This document shows, piece after piece, positions 16,804 through 25,207 of a stretch of DNA of 63,218 nt. The stretch is taken from contig SICV01000001.1 of the NCBI GenBank assembly GCA_009694725.1, positions 1-63,218 of the forward strand. Reading direction: 5' to 3'. The notes beneath the pieces were generated by a model. That model was not told where the DNA came from and ran no database searches. It worked only from the letters and a program-made list of their open reading frames with translations. Each line of letters begins with the position of its first letter. Within the stretch, counting starts at the first letter, position 1. A program made the position numbers and the translations under genes. The DNA is from Candidatus Pacearchaeota archaeon (GTDB lineage Archaea; Nanobdellota; Nanobdellia; Pacearchaeales; GW2011-AR1).

Positions 16804-16921
16804 ATTTGAACCTCCGAAGGCACTAAGCCACAAGATTTCTTACAAAATCTTGCTTGCTACTCTTCCTGGTGGAAGAGCGACGTCTTAAGTCTTGCGCATT
16901 TGACCGCTTTGCTACCCCCGC
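16791..16921 (-). tRNA. tRNA-Leu (anticodon UAA) with a 47-nt intron at 37/38 (intron 16837-16883)
   Basis: Hand fold: acceptor GCGGGGG/CTCCCGC, anticodon stem CAAGA/TCTTG, loop CTTAAG|intron|A, long variable arm TGGCTTAGTGCCTTC and T-arm GGAGG-TTCAAAT-CCTCC. Bulge-helix-bulge: nt 32-35 CTTA pair with intron TAAG (4 bp), flanked by 3-nt bulges AG|A and AA|A. Confidence 0.85.
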
Positions 16922-16990
16922 GCATTCTGAGAACTCAGAAAGCCGTTATAAAGGTTATTGTTTGGAAGGGGCGCTGAGGCATTACCTTTT

Positions 16991-17224
16991 TTAAAGAGGA
17001 AGGAAAAACGTATCTGTTGTTTCGGGTGTTGGTTGTCTGATGCTCTTCTGATTATTGAGCGCTGCTTGTTCTATACATGCTGCAAACATGCGCCGTTGGT
17101 GATCGCTTGTAACGTTATATTCTCGAGAATAGTGTGCAGGGAGATCTCTTGTTCTCATTTCAGATAGACTTCCAGGAGTATAAGCATCCCACCTCTCCCC
17201 GTCATAGAGAAGTGTATATTTCAT
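16991..17224 (-). CDS. Hypothetical protein
   Basis: ORF only (77 aa). Confidence 0.35.
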   Translation of the reverse strand: MKYTLLYDGERWDAYTPGSLSEMRTRDLPAHYSREYNVTSDHQRRMFAACIEQAALNNQKSIRQPTPETTDTFFLPL

Positions 17225-17230
17225 GCGAAA

Positions 17231-17374
17231 TTACTGATCGGAACCAATTTTTGTAACGAGGCCTGTTGATTCACGATTCACATGCTGTAACGCTTCTTCG
17301 TCAGATGCTTTTGGATGTTCACGCTTAAATTTGAGTGCTTCTGATGCTCCTGCGATAAGCGCCATCTTCATCAT
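17231..17374 (-). CDS. Possible small protein (47 aa), not in the ORF track
   Basis: Reverse-strand ORF MMKMALIAGASEALKFKREHPKASDEEALQHVNRESTGLVTKIGSDQ, preceded by a GAGGG Shine-Dalgarno-like sequence. Its stop is 6 nt upstream of the next gene's start. Confidence 0.3.
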   Translation of the reverse strand: MMKMALIAGASEALKFKREHPKASDEEALQHVNRESTGLVTKIGSDQ

Positions 17375-17536
17375 CCCTCTTTGTTCCATGTTGCTTTTTT
17401 CGTCTGAGAGTATATAAGGATTATTGTGTTTGGGAAAGAAGGTGAAGGCGTTGATGCAATTACATTAATGCGAACAATTCTTGCCTGTATGTTTAAATAG
17501 GGGTTCGTATTACTGTTTTTGAGGTATTGAAAGAGG

Positions 17537-18361
17537 ATGACTAGTGAGCTCTTGCGTGCAGAACTAAAGGTTCGTGGGTTTTCTCCGTTGACGGTACGCA
17601 ATTATGGCTTTTTTGTGGATAAGTTCTTAGCACATGTCAAAAAACAACCTGATCAGACTACCCCTGATGATGCGAAATTATATTTAGCAAGTCTGTTTGA
17701 AGATAAATCAAAGAATACCATTATGTTGGCTGCTGCTGCCTTGAAGTTTTACTTTACCCAGATTCTTAAGAAGGATTTTTCAGCAGTCAAAATGCCGAAG
17801 AAAGAAAAACGGTTGCCTTCAGTGCTTACCAAAGATGAAATGCGTGCGGTGCTTGCGAGTGCAGATACTGAAAAGTCCCGGTTGATGATTTCGTTATTAT
17901 ATTCTACGGGTTTGCGTGTTTCTGAAGTGGTTAATTTGAAGAAGAACGATATTGACTTTGGGGAGAAATCTGGCTGGGTGCGTCGAGGGAAAGGAAATAA
18001 AGATCGGTTATTTAGTATTTCAGACCAACTCACCAAAGATTTACAAGCTTATTTGGAAGGGCGAGAGTATCAGTATGTGCTTTCTAAGGATAAACCGTTG
18101 ACCACACGTAATATTCAGAAAATTATCAAACAGACTGCAGGTCGAGCAGGTGTCCAGAAAAAAGTGACCCCACACACTTTGCGCCATAGTTTTGCAACGC
18201 ATTTACTTGAACAAGGGACGGACATTCGGGTCATTCAGGCTATGCTTGGGCATAGTAATTTGAATACGACCCAAGTGTATACGCATGTGTCCTCGGATCA
18301 GATTAAGAAAGTAGCCAACCCTTTGGATACGCTTCTTGCCCCTCTCAATGGACTCGCCTAA
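17537..18361 (+). CDS. xerA: Tyrosine recombinase, Xer type (XerA/XerC-like)
   Basis: C-terminal catalytic signature HTLRHSFATHLLEQGTDIRVIQAMLGHSNLNTTQVYTHV (R..H-x-x-R..Y) and GLRVSEV (first Arg). The N-terminal SAM-like domain and the 274-aa length are typical of Xer. Confidence 0.85.
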   Translation: MTSELLRAELKVRGFSPLTVRNYGFFVDKFLAHVKKQPDQTTPDDAKLYLASLFEDKSKNTIMLAAAALKFYFTQILKKDFSAVKMPKKEKRLPSVLTKDEMRAVLASADTEKSRLMISLLYSTGLRVSEVVNLKKNDIDFGEKSGWVRRGKGNKDRLFSISDQLTKDLQAYLEGREYQYVLSKDKPLTTRNIQKIIKQTAGRAGVQKKVTPHTLRHSFATHLLEQGTDIRVIQAMLGHSNLNTTQVYTHVSSDQIKKVANPLDTLLAPLNGLA

Positions 18362-18563
18362 GTATGCCTGCTTGTTAGAACAACTGTGTCTCGCTGCTGA
18401 CACCCATGACTGGATTATGTTTGATTCTTTGATCCTATCAACGAGAAAAGCTCATGATCACTATAATACTGATCGACTACGACGAGGATGGCAACCTGTT
18501 CGTATTTACGAAGAGAGTTGGGTGATACTTAACCGTCATGCACATGAGCTTGTGTGGAATTGA
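18348..18563 (+). CDS. Hypothetical protein
   Basis: ORF with its first ATG at 18348 (track start 18336 is non-ATG). It overlaps the recombinase 3' end by 14 nt. Confidence 0.3.
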   Translation: MDSPKYACLLEQLCLAADTHDWIMFDSLILSTRKAHDHYNTDRLRRGWQPVRIYEESWVILNRHAHELVWN

Positions 18564-18658
18564 TTCATTGTGCTATTACTCTTTGGTAGGATTGGATGAA
18601 AGAGCTGATGTCTGCTCTTGGTGAGTGGTTCAGGGTAGCTTGACTTTCTGGTTACTAG

Positions 18659-19009
18659 CTATTTGCTATTTTGAAAGTTACCCTTGGCACGTTCATGTGC
18701 TAAGGCAAGGACTTGCTCAGGGGAGAGATCTTCTTCCTCGTCATCTTCGATTGGAAAAGAGGGATGTATCTTTTGTTGATAATAATAGTATCGTTGGACA
18801 AGGTGCGGATATTTCTTTTTGATGGCCTCTAAGAGGCGACGAGGGGACTGGGAGCTTGCCCCCACCATATCTTGTTTCAATAGAGCATGAAGATCCCAAT
18901 AGAGTGCATCTTCATGAGAAACCGCAACATAATGAGTAGCACAAAACGATTTTTCCTCTTTAAAGAGATCTGCTTCTTTATTACATACGGTACAGCGAGG
19001 AACTGCCAT
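18659..19009 (-). CDS. Hypothetical protein with N-terminal Cys pair and C-x-x-H (possible zinc knuckle) and an acidic tail segment
   Basis: CTVCNKEADLFKEEKSFCATH at the N-terminus and a DDEEED stretch. No family recognised. Confidence 0.4.
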   Translation of the reverse strand: MAVPRCTVCNKEADLFKEEKSFCATHYVAVSHEDALYWDLHALLKQDMVGASSQSPRRLLEAIKKKYPHLVQRYYYYQQKIHPSFPIEDDEEEDLSPEQVLALAHERAKGNFQNSK

Positions 19010-19047
19010 ACCTCTCTTGAGAAACGTGGAAGCTATAAGGATTTCGG

Positions 19048-19446
19048 TTATCCGAACTTGAGAGGATGTTCAGGTGTGAACAAAATTTTACCATTCAACA
19101 ATAAAAAGAAATTATCTGATGATATGTTGAGAGGTTTACCTGCTTGAGTGGATATTTCGTTTAATTTTTTACACCCTTGATCTAATGCCTGACATTCAAG
19201 TGAACAAATGACTCCTCTTTCTGTTATTTCGGCACCTTCTGGAGTAAGTAAAGATGAAAACGGGCGATAGTTAGTTGTTGCTTCAGGGTCATTTATTTTA
19301 TGAGGAATTGTGCCCAATGAAACTTTACAGGTAATATGCCCAATACCCTTAATATAGGCTATATTTAACGCGAGATAATGGCCAGAAGGTGCTCTCTCGA
19401 GTGTTTCCCACGTACATAATCTATCGGTGACTGATTGATATTCCAT
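19048..19446 (-). CDS. Hypothetical protein
   Basis: ORF only (132 aa). It occupies the position downstream of S9 where rpoN usually lies. Confidence 0.4.
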   Translation of the reverse strand: MEYQSVTDRLCTWETLERAPSGHYLALNIAYIKGIGHITCKVSLGTIPHKINDPEATTNYRPFSSLLTPEGAEITERGVICSLECQALDQGCKKLNEISTQAGKPLNISSDNFFLLLNGKILFTPEHPLKFG

Positions 19447-19565
19447 ACCAAGAAATTCCTTGTATACTTACCTGTTCTTTGAAGCATATAAGGATGATGG
19501 TTTCAGTTTTGAGTATTTTGTTCAAAGAAAGAAAAATCTTACTCAGACTACGAGAAGTCCTATGG

Positions 19566-19979
19566 TTAACGGTAGGACTTTTGACGGCGAGCACGAGGGG
19601 CAGAGTCGTTTGGTTTGTTTGCTTCTTTACGACGTGAGTCTGCAACGATCATGTTTCTATCATATTTAATGAATGTTTTCTTGAGTGTTTCAGAACCTGT
19701 AATGTACAAGAGGGCTTTTGCAATAGCAAGACGAGCTGCTTGTATTTGGGCTTCTTTTCCACCGCCAAATCCTTTGATATGAAAATCTACCTTTAATGGA
19801 TCTCCAAGTTCTTGTTCATAGAGACGTAATGGTTCAGAAAGAGCAAGTTTATGGAATAATGGAAGTTCTGCTGAAGGTAAGTAATTGAAAAATACTTTGC
19901 CCGTGCCTATTTTGAAACGAAGTTTTGCAACAGCTGTTTTTCTCTTCCCTGCAATAATGCGCGTTATTTCAAAAGCCAT
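19566..19979 (-). CDS. rps9: 30S ribosomal protein S9 (uS9)
   Basis: C-terminal ...RKEANKPNDSAPRARRQKSYR signature and GGG..AQ..A..LAIA.AL core. Confidence 0.85.
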   Translation of the reverse strand: MAFEITRIIAGKRKTAVAKLRFKIGTGKVFFNYLPSAELPLFHKLALSEPLRLYEQELGDPLKVDFHIKGFGGGKEAQIQAARLAIAKALLYITGSETLKKTFIKYDRNMIVADSRRKEANKPNDSAPRARRQKSYR

Positions 19980-19981
19980 AG

Positions 19982-20386
19982 TTATAGTTCCTTTGCTAAT
20001 TCAGCAAGCTTCATCGTTCGAGTATTGAGGGGGCGTGCAACAGAGACTGCTTTAATTGCTTTCAAGTCGGCAGGAACCTGATTATAACATTTGATCCGGT
20101 CAAAAGCAGCTTCCCCACGACCCATTTTATACGATAACATACCCCTGATAGTTCGTTTCATTAATCGTTCCGGACTGCGCTTGATCCAATTGGGGCCATT
20201 TAATGCATGTCCGCCACGAAGTGAAGCTTGTTTGTATTCTGCGATAATCATATGTCTTCGGCCAGACAGTAAGCCCTCGGTACAGTTGATAACCGCGACT
20301 TGCTTACCCAGTAATGATTGCTTTGCTGCTATGGTTGCAATACGTCCAATTATTCCACCGGTAGCATCAATGACGAACGTGTCCAT
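19982..20386 (-). CDS. rpl13: 50S ribosomal protein L13 (uL13)
   Basis: IDATGGIIGRIATIAAK ... VAVINC ... TIRGMLSYK..RG pattern. Confidence 0.85.
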   Translation of the reverse strand: MDTFVIDATGGIIGRIATIAAKQSLLGKQVAVINCTEGLLSGRRHMIIAEYKQASLRGGHALNGPNWIKRSPERLMKRTIRGMLSYKMGRGEAAFDRIKCYNQVPADLKAIKAVSVARPLNTRTMKLAELAKEL

Positions 20387-20763
20387 TATGCTAACACCGT
20401 AATGCCTGTCGCCTTTGGGTTGACTTTCATTTCTTCATCAATGGTAACTAATTCGCTCTTGGTTGCTTTTGCTTTTTCATGTGCTGCTGCAGAGAATCCA
20501 AGTGCAACAATACGTATTTTCTTCGTGAGCGTGCCGGATGCAAGCACTTTCCCACCGATTAAGACGGTATCTCCCGTTTTCGTGAGTGCATCAATTTGAT
20601 CGAGATTGAGTGCTGCAAGGGCCTTGGTTGGACCAGAGATACGTTGGGCAACGGGAAGCCAGGCATCTAGTTTACGTGCTGCTTGAATTGTTGCTTGGAG
20701 TAAGGGGTTTGTCTTTCTTCCTGCCTTTCTCTTAATGTGGGATCGACTGATGGTCATCTTCAT
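20386..20763 (-). CDS. rpl18e: 50S ribosomal protein L18e (eL18)
   Basis: RKTNPLL ... VLIGGKVLASG ... ALGFSAAAHEKA pattern. Its stop overlaps the start of rpl13. Confidence 0.8.
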   Translation of the reverse strand: MKMTISRSHIKRKAGRKTNPLLQATIQAARKLDAWLPVAQRISGPTKALAALNLDQIDALTKTGDTVLIGGKVLASGTLTKKIRIVALGFSAAAHEKAKATKSELVTIDEEMKVNPKATGITVLA

Positions 20764-20841
20764 ACTTTTGTCGTATTTCTGACGGTATATAAAGCTTTCT
20801 CGAGTGGAAAGCCTTTTATACCTTCGTGTGTATAGGTGTGT

Positions 20842-21066
20842 ATGTCTAAAATCCGGGTCAATATTACGGTTGATCGTGAAACACTTGCTTTAGCAAAGCG
20901 TAAGTTGGGATTATTTGGGGGGAAACTGAGTACGTTGTTTGATGCCTATCTACGTGATTTTGTTAAGAGTATGGATAAAGAGTATGGAGCTGATTACAAA
21001 GTGTTACAAGAAAAAGTTGCCGAATTGGAAAAGCGGTTAGGGAAAGTGGAAGGGAAAAAGTTATAA
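20842..21066 (+). CDS. Small ribbon-helix-helix-like protein (CopG/antitoxin-like fold?)
   Basis: The N-terminal KIRVNITVDRETLALAKRK resembles an RHH beta-strand plus helix, with a coiled-coil C-terminus. It lies opposite in orientation to the flanking r-protein genes. First ATG at 20842. Confidence 0.35.
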   Translation: MSKIRVNITVDRETLALAKRKLGLFGGKLSTLFDAYLRDFVKSMDKEYGADYKVLQEKVAELEKRLGKVEGKKL

Positions 21067-21150
21067 TTTATTGTGCTTCTTGAGAAATGCAAGTGCTTCT
21101 GCATCATCTATTTTGTGTAATAACGTACCAAATGTTCGGGTATGAATAAA

Positions 21151-21234
21151 TGCGGGTGCTAGGAATCGAACCTAGGCAAGCACTAAGCTACTGCCACCTC
21201 AAGGCAGCCCGTTTGACCGCTCCGGCACACCCGC
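21151..21234 (-). tRNA. tRNA-Leu (anticodon GAG), no intron
   Basis: Hand fold: acceptor GCGGGTG/CACCCGC, anticodon stem CTGCC/GGCAG, loop TTGAGGT, long variable arm and T-arm CTAGG-TTCGATT-CCTAG. Confidence 0.9.
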
Positions 21235-21280
21235 TACGCGGGTGTGTGTGCGGGGTGGCTTTTAAAGATAGTGATTAGAC

Positions 21281-21478
21281 CTAAGACCCATACGGAAAAG
21301 AAGGAAGTGAGACATATCCTCTTCTGTTTGCCACTTGTCGTTCTACCCCTCTATTGAGTTCGGCTATCTGTACAAGAGCATTATATTCGGCACGCTCTAC
21401 GATTCTACGCGCCCCCTCTCTAATTTCTGGAGTAGGGGGCTCGTGTAACACTTCTCGTAATATATCAAGTAAACTCAT
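21281..21478 (-). CDS. Hypothetical small protein
   Basis: ORF only (65 aa), between rpoD and tRNA-Leu. Confidence 0.3.
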   Translation of the reverse strand: MSLLDILREVLHEPPTPEIREGARRIVERAEYNALVQIAELNRGVERQVANRRGYVSLPSFPYGS

Positions 21479-21520
21479 ACGAGTGAGAAGATATCGAACT
21501 TTAAAACGATTTAGATACAG

Positions 21521-22216
21521 TTACTTAAATGCCTTGACTACTTCGTCACAATTGTCTGAGAGTGAGGCTATGGCTTTCTTGAGTATGTCAGATGCGGGCA
21601 TGTTCCCATAGCTTTCTACGATAAAGAGCATTTCATCACTGTCTACAATTGCTTTGTCATCGATGGCGTTAACATCATGTTGAGTTGCTTCATTCAAATC
21701 ACAAAGCCAGGTTGTGCCTGTTTTTTCTGCCTTCATAATGCCTGCAGACTTTTGAATGATAGCGTCGATTTGTGCGTTGCCCTTTACTTTCAAGATATGG
21801 CGGTAATAGGCAAGGCCGGGTGTGTATTTTGCATGTTCAATGCCTTTGCCGAGGATTGCAGTTGCAACTAATTCAAGTTTATGTCCTTCTTTCAAGAGAG
21901 TAAGAGGAATATTGTCATGTACGACTTCTGCGTTACCTTCGAGGTCGCCTGAATAGACAGTGCACGGGCCGGTCTTGGAGAGTTTCAATTCTACTTTTGT
22001 TTTTTCGCCCATTTTTGCTTCGGTCTTTAAGGGGACAAGACCGAGACGATGAGCAACCATTTCATCATAGAGCGCTGAATCATTTTTATAGAGTTCAACT
22101 TCATCGATGGCGAGCGTAGGAACTTCTGCGACGCTTCGACGTAATGCATTTGCAAGCGATTCGTGTGCAGGCATACGAATGACTACTTTTTCAGCAGACT
22201 TAGAAACAACAGACAT
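21521..22216 (-). CDS. rpoD: DNA-directed RNA polymerase subunit D (Rpo3)
   Basis: ANALRRSVAEVPTLAIDEV ... DEMVAHRLGLVPL signature. Only 3 Cys, so no 4Fe-4S cluster motif. Confidence 0.8.
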   Translation of the reverse strand: MSVVSKSAEKVVIRMPAHESLANALRRSVAEVPTLAIDEVELYKNDSALYDEMVAHRLGLVPLKTEAKMGEKTKVELKLSKTGPCTVYSGDLEGNAEVVHDNIPLTLLKEGHKLELVATAILGKGIEHAKYTPGLAYYRHILKVKGNAQIDAIIQKSAGIMKAEKTGTTWLCDLNEATQHDVNAIDDKAIVDSDEMLFIVESYGNMPASDILKKAIASLSDNCDEVVKAFK

Positions 22217-22247
22217 AGGAGTAAAGGGAGAGAGAGGCTTTTAAAGC

Positions 22248-22745
22248 TTATACTCTGCGTCCGCGCTTACCTCCCTTCTTCTTCGGTCCACCGCGTGCAA
22301 CGCGTGAGGTATCAACGATATTGAGAATCTTGAATCCTTCTTTGTCAAAACTTTTGACGGCAGCATGTGCACCTGGACCGATACCCCGTTCGCTTCCGGT
22401 ACGAGCGCGCATACGTACATAGAGTGAGGTGAAACCGAGATCTTTTGCACGTTCTGCTGCTTTCTTTGCAACGAACATCGCAATCGTTGGATCTGCTTTC
22501 AAACGAGAGTGTTTGGTTACCATTCCGCCCGTGATACGAGAAATAGTATTACCTGCAAGATCAGTAATGTGAATCATAGTGTTGTTCTTGGACGTATTAA
22601 TGTACACAATACCTGTGCGTTCTTCTTTTGGAGCTTTTACTTCTGTGACCACAGGGAGAGGAGTCGGGTTAACTGTTGGTACTTCAGCTAGTGCCGGAAC
22701 AGCAGTTGGTTGTTCAAGTGCTTCTATTTTTTTTGCACTTTCCAT
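22248..22745 (-). CDS. rps11: 30S ribosomal protein S11 (uS11) with a possible 35-aa Pro/Val-rich N-terminal extension
   Basis: Core GIVYINTSKNNTMIHITD ... GPGAHAAVKSF ... I.DTS....GG. A GTG-initiated shorter form (VVTEVKAP...) cannot be excluded. Confidence 0.85.
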   Translation of the reverse strand: MESAKKIEALEQPTAVPALAEVPTVNPTPLPVVTEVKAPKEERTGIVYINTSKNNTMIHITDLAGNTISRITGGMVTKHSRLKADPTIAMFVAKKAAERAKDLGFTSLYVRMRARTGSERGIGPGAHAAVKSFDKEGFKILNIVDTSRVARGGPKKKGGKRGRRV

Positions 22746-23227
22746 TATTCAGTTTCCTCCGTCGTTTGAGATGGCTTAGTGAAGATAAGTGTCACAGTAA
22801 TTGCTTGTTCTTCATTAACTGGAACAAGATACCCGGGTTTATTGACCACTGAATCGTTGATAAGCACTTTACGATGAGTCACCATTTGACGTGCTTGACG
22901 AATCGTTTGGGCTTTGTGTTGTTTGAATAAAATAGTCGGCAATCGACGATTCAAAATATCCTCAACTTGAAGTGCAAGGACGTCTGAAATTACGTTTACG
23001 GGTAATCCGAGACCACGTAATTTACCGAAGAGCACTTCTTGTTCTGCTGAAGGGGCTTTTGCAAGTGCTTTTGCACGATCTCTGAAATAGGAAACTTTTG
23101 CTTTTGCCTTCCAAATTTCGCGTTTATTTTTAAGTCCGAAACGTTCAACGAGTTTGTTTTCTTCAGTAATACGCGACTTTTCGTATGCCTTCTTTGGTCG
23201 ACTATATGATTTATGCTGGCGTATCAT
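22745..23227 (-). CDS. rps4: 30S ribosomal protein S4 (uS4)
   Basis: YSRPKKAYEKSRI.EE..L...FGLKNKREIWKA and the S4 RNA-binding domain pattern. Confidence 0.85.
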   Translation of the reverse strand: MIRQHKSYSRPKKAYEKSRITEENKLVERFGLKNKREIWKAKAKVSYFRDRAKALAKAPSAEQEVLFGKLRGLGLPVNVISDVLALQVEDILNRRLPTILFKQHKAQTIRQARQMVTHRKVLINDSVVNKPGYLVPVNEEQAITVTLIFTKPSQTTEETE

Positions 23228-23757
23228 TATGCACTACCACCTTTTTTCTTTTTCATACCTGCAGCCATACTCTTCTTTCTGAAGTGTGAACGTGTACGTT
23301 GACCACGAACCGGTTGTTTTGCTGCATGACGTGCACCACGATAAGCTTTCATTTCTTTCAAACGTTTAATATCGAAGTCTCGTTTCATTTCAAGATCGAC
23401 ACCCAGGAAATGCCCTGATTCGCCTGTTTCAGGATCAGTTGCACGATTTCGCATAAATAGGGGAAGTTCCATCTTTGGAAGATAGGTTTCAATTTGCTTG
23501 ATTTCATCTTTTGAAAGTTCAACAATTTTTTTCATACGATCTAATTTCAATTTAAAACAAATAAAATTAGCAAGTGACCAGGAAATACCCTTGATGCGTG
23601 TTAAACCAACATACAGTGGACGAGAACCGGCAATGTCATACCCCATAATACGAACAAGCGTTTCGGAACGGTCTTCTTCTCCTGGACGTTTACTAACAGG
23701 TTTGGGTGTAGTGGCTTTCTCGAATGCCTTCTCTTTGGTTTTGTTTCCTGCTGCCAT
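23227..23757 (-). CDS. rps13: 30S ribosomal protein S13 (uS13)
   Basis: RIMGYDIAG.RPLYVGLTRIKGI ... YRGARHA..QPVRGQRTRS pattern. Confidence 0.85.
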   Translation of the reverse strand: MAAGNKTKEKAFEKATTPKPVSKRPGEEDRSETLVRIMGYDIAGSRPLYVGLTRIKGISWSLANFICFKLKLDRMKKIVELSKDEIKQIETYLPKMELPLFMRNRATDPETGESGHFLGVDLEMKRDFDIKRLKEMKAYRGARHAAKQPVRGQRTRSHFRKKSMAAGMKKKKGGSA

Positions 23758-24296
23758 TAGTGGATAAATAGATTGAATCTTTGTCGTTCAGACAATTCTT
23801 CAATCAAGCGTTTCTCAATCGCTTTTTTTGGATCGGGTATACTTTTCATGCGTGTTCGTATGTCTTCAAACGATTCGAAGGGTTTCTTCTCACGTTCTGC
23901 TAATACTTCAGCCGTATGCTTTTTACCAAAGCCCGGAATAAGTTCAAGTTGATGAAGACGAGTATTAATTGCTGGTGCAGAATTAAAGAAATCGACAAAT
24001 TTCTTCTCCTGCTCCGCAACTACCGTTTCAATGAACTCTTGTAGCTGGATCTTTGCAGACTCAGTTAACTTTTCTCGAGGCAATCTGCCTGAGATGAAGT
24101 ATATCTTATCTCGCTTGTCTGGGCCTATATAAACCTTTTCTTTAATTTCTAGTGTAACCCCCCGTCGAGGGACTAGTTCTAAAATAGCAAGGGTCTTTTC
24201 TCCAATTGCTTGTGCAACCGGTTGACCACGTCCACCCATTGGATAGCCATAGGGTAAATAATCTAAGATAAGCGCGTACTCTTCCTTTTCTCCCAT
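23757..24296 (-). CDS. DUF655-type predicted RNA-binding protein (OB fold plus helix-hairpin-helix)
   Basis: The EEYALILDYLPYGYP start and the C-terminal LELIPGFGKKHTAEVL HhH motif. It is adjacent to rpoF and L21e, as in many archaea. Confidence 0.65.
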   Translation of the reverse strand: MGEKEEYALILDYLPYGYPMGGRGQPVAQAIGEKTLAILELVPRRGVTLEIKEKVYIGPDKRDKIYFISGRLPREKLTESAKIQLQEFIETVVAEQEKKFVDFFNSAPAINTRLHQLELIPGFGKKHTAEVLAEREKKPFESFEDIRTRMKSIPDPKKAIEKRLIEELSERQRFNLFIH

Positions 24297-24300
24297 GGTG

Positions 24301-24594
24301 TTACTTTAACGCTCCAAGAATTGCTTGTGATTCCTCTTCGGAAAGACTTGCTTCATGACATACTTTATTGACTCCTTCAACGTCATGCGGCATAAAATCA
24401 ACTAATTTGATAAAATCGTTTTCTTTCAATTTAATATTGTTTAATGCGATAAGCTTTTCTTTCAATGCTTTTGCTTCTTTTGCGTCTACTTTACTAAATG
24501 TTTTCAAATAGGTATAGACTGGGCGATCTTTATCTTCATCTGAAAGGTAAGATTTTACTTCTCCAAGGGTGAGAGCAGTTTTATCGATAATCAT
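24301..24594 (-). CDS. rpoF: DNA-directed RNA polymerase subunit F (Rpo4)
   Basis: 97-aa helical protein between L21e and DUF655. Rpb4-like pattern (LTLGEVKSYL ... AKALKEKL ... KLVDFMP). Confidence 0.6.
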   Translation of the reverse strand: MIIDKTALTLGEVKSYLSDEDKDRPVYTYLKTFSKVDAKEAKALKEKLIALNNIKLKENDFIKLVDFMPHDVEGVNKVCHEASLSEEESQAILGALK

Positions 24595-24845
24595 TGAGAC
24601 ACCTGATGTAAATGAACGGGATGAATCATATATCTTTTTGGTCTTCCTAAATCTTTCACTTCAACTTCGTATGCATTGCCTCGTTTAGCAATAACTTTGC
24701 CTGTTCTTCCCTGCATTCGTGTAGAGTATTTGAATTGAACACTATGTTCTCTGACAACGGCAACAGTATCTCCGACTTTTAATTCTTTAAAGTAAGCACT
24801 AAATGAGATTTTACCACTTTTGCGAGGGTTCTTATGTTTGAGCAT
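24591..24845 (-). CDS. rpl21e: 50S ribosomal protein L21e (eL21)
   Basis: GDTVAVV ... RMQGRTGKVIAKRGNAYEVEV ... K...IHPVHL pattern. Confidence 0.8.
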   Translation of the reverse strand: MLKHKNPRKSGKISFSAYFKELKVGDTVAVVREHSVQFKYSTRMQGRTGKVIAKRGNAYEVEVKDLGRPKRYMIHPVHLHQVSQ

Positions 24846-24895
24846 GGGTGCGGGTATTAAGGCTGGTTTTTAAACGTTTGTGAGGGAAAGTGAGC

Positions 24896-25090
24896 TTACA
24901 ACCGTCGAGCAGGGACAGGATCGCTTACTGAACCTTGAAATAGGTCGCCTGCTGCCCGGGATTTTTCCATACTTTCAACAATTGTGTTAAACATTTTTTC
25001 GCCCCATACACCAACACCACATCGCTTACAAAAATCAATGACTGATTCTTCAGCAACATCCGTTTTACAGTAAATACATTTTTTTGCCAT
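24896..25090 (-). CDS. Small zinc-ribbon protein (CxxC...CxxC), unknown function
   Basis: CIYCKTDV...FCKRCG. 64 aa. Confidence 0.45.
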   Translation of the reverse strand: MAKKCIYCKTDVAEESVIDFCKRCGVGVWGEKMFNTIVESMEKSRAAGDLFQGSVSDPVPARRL

Positions 25091-25207
25091 ACATCTCTCT
25101 TTTGATATTCTTTGTTTTTTCCGGAACTATATAAATATTCGTGTGATTTGTTCACTATTCTCTCCATCATCCAGAAACTTTATATACTCTGGGAATAAAA
25201 TCTTTCG

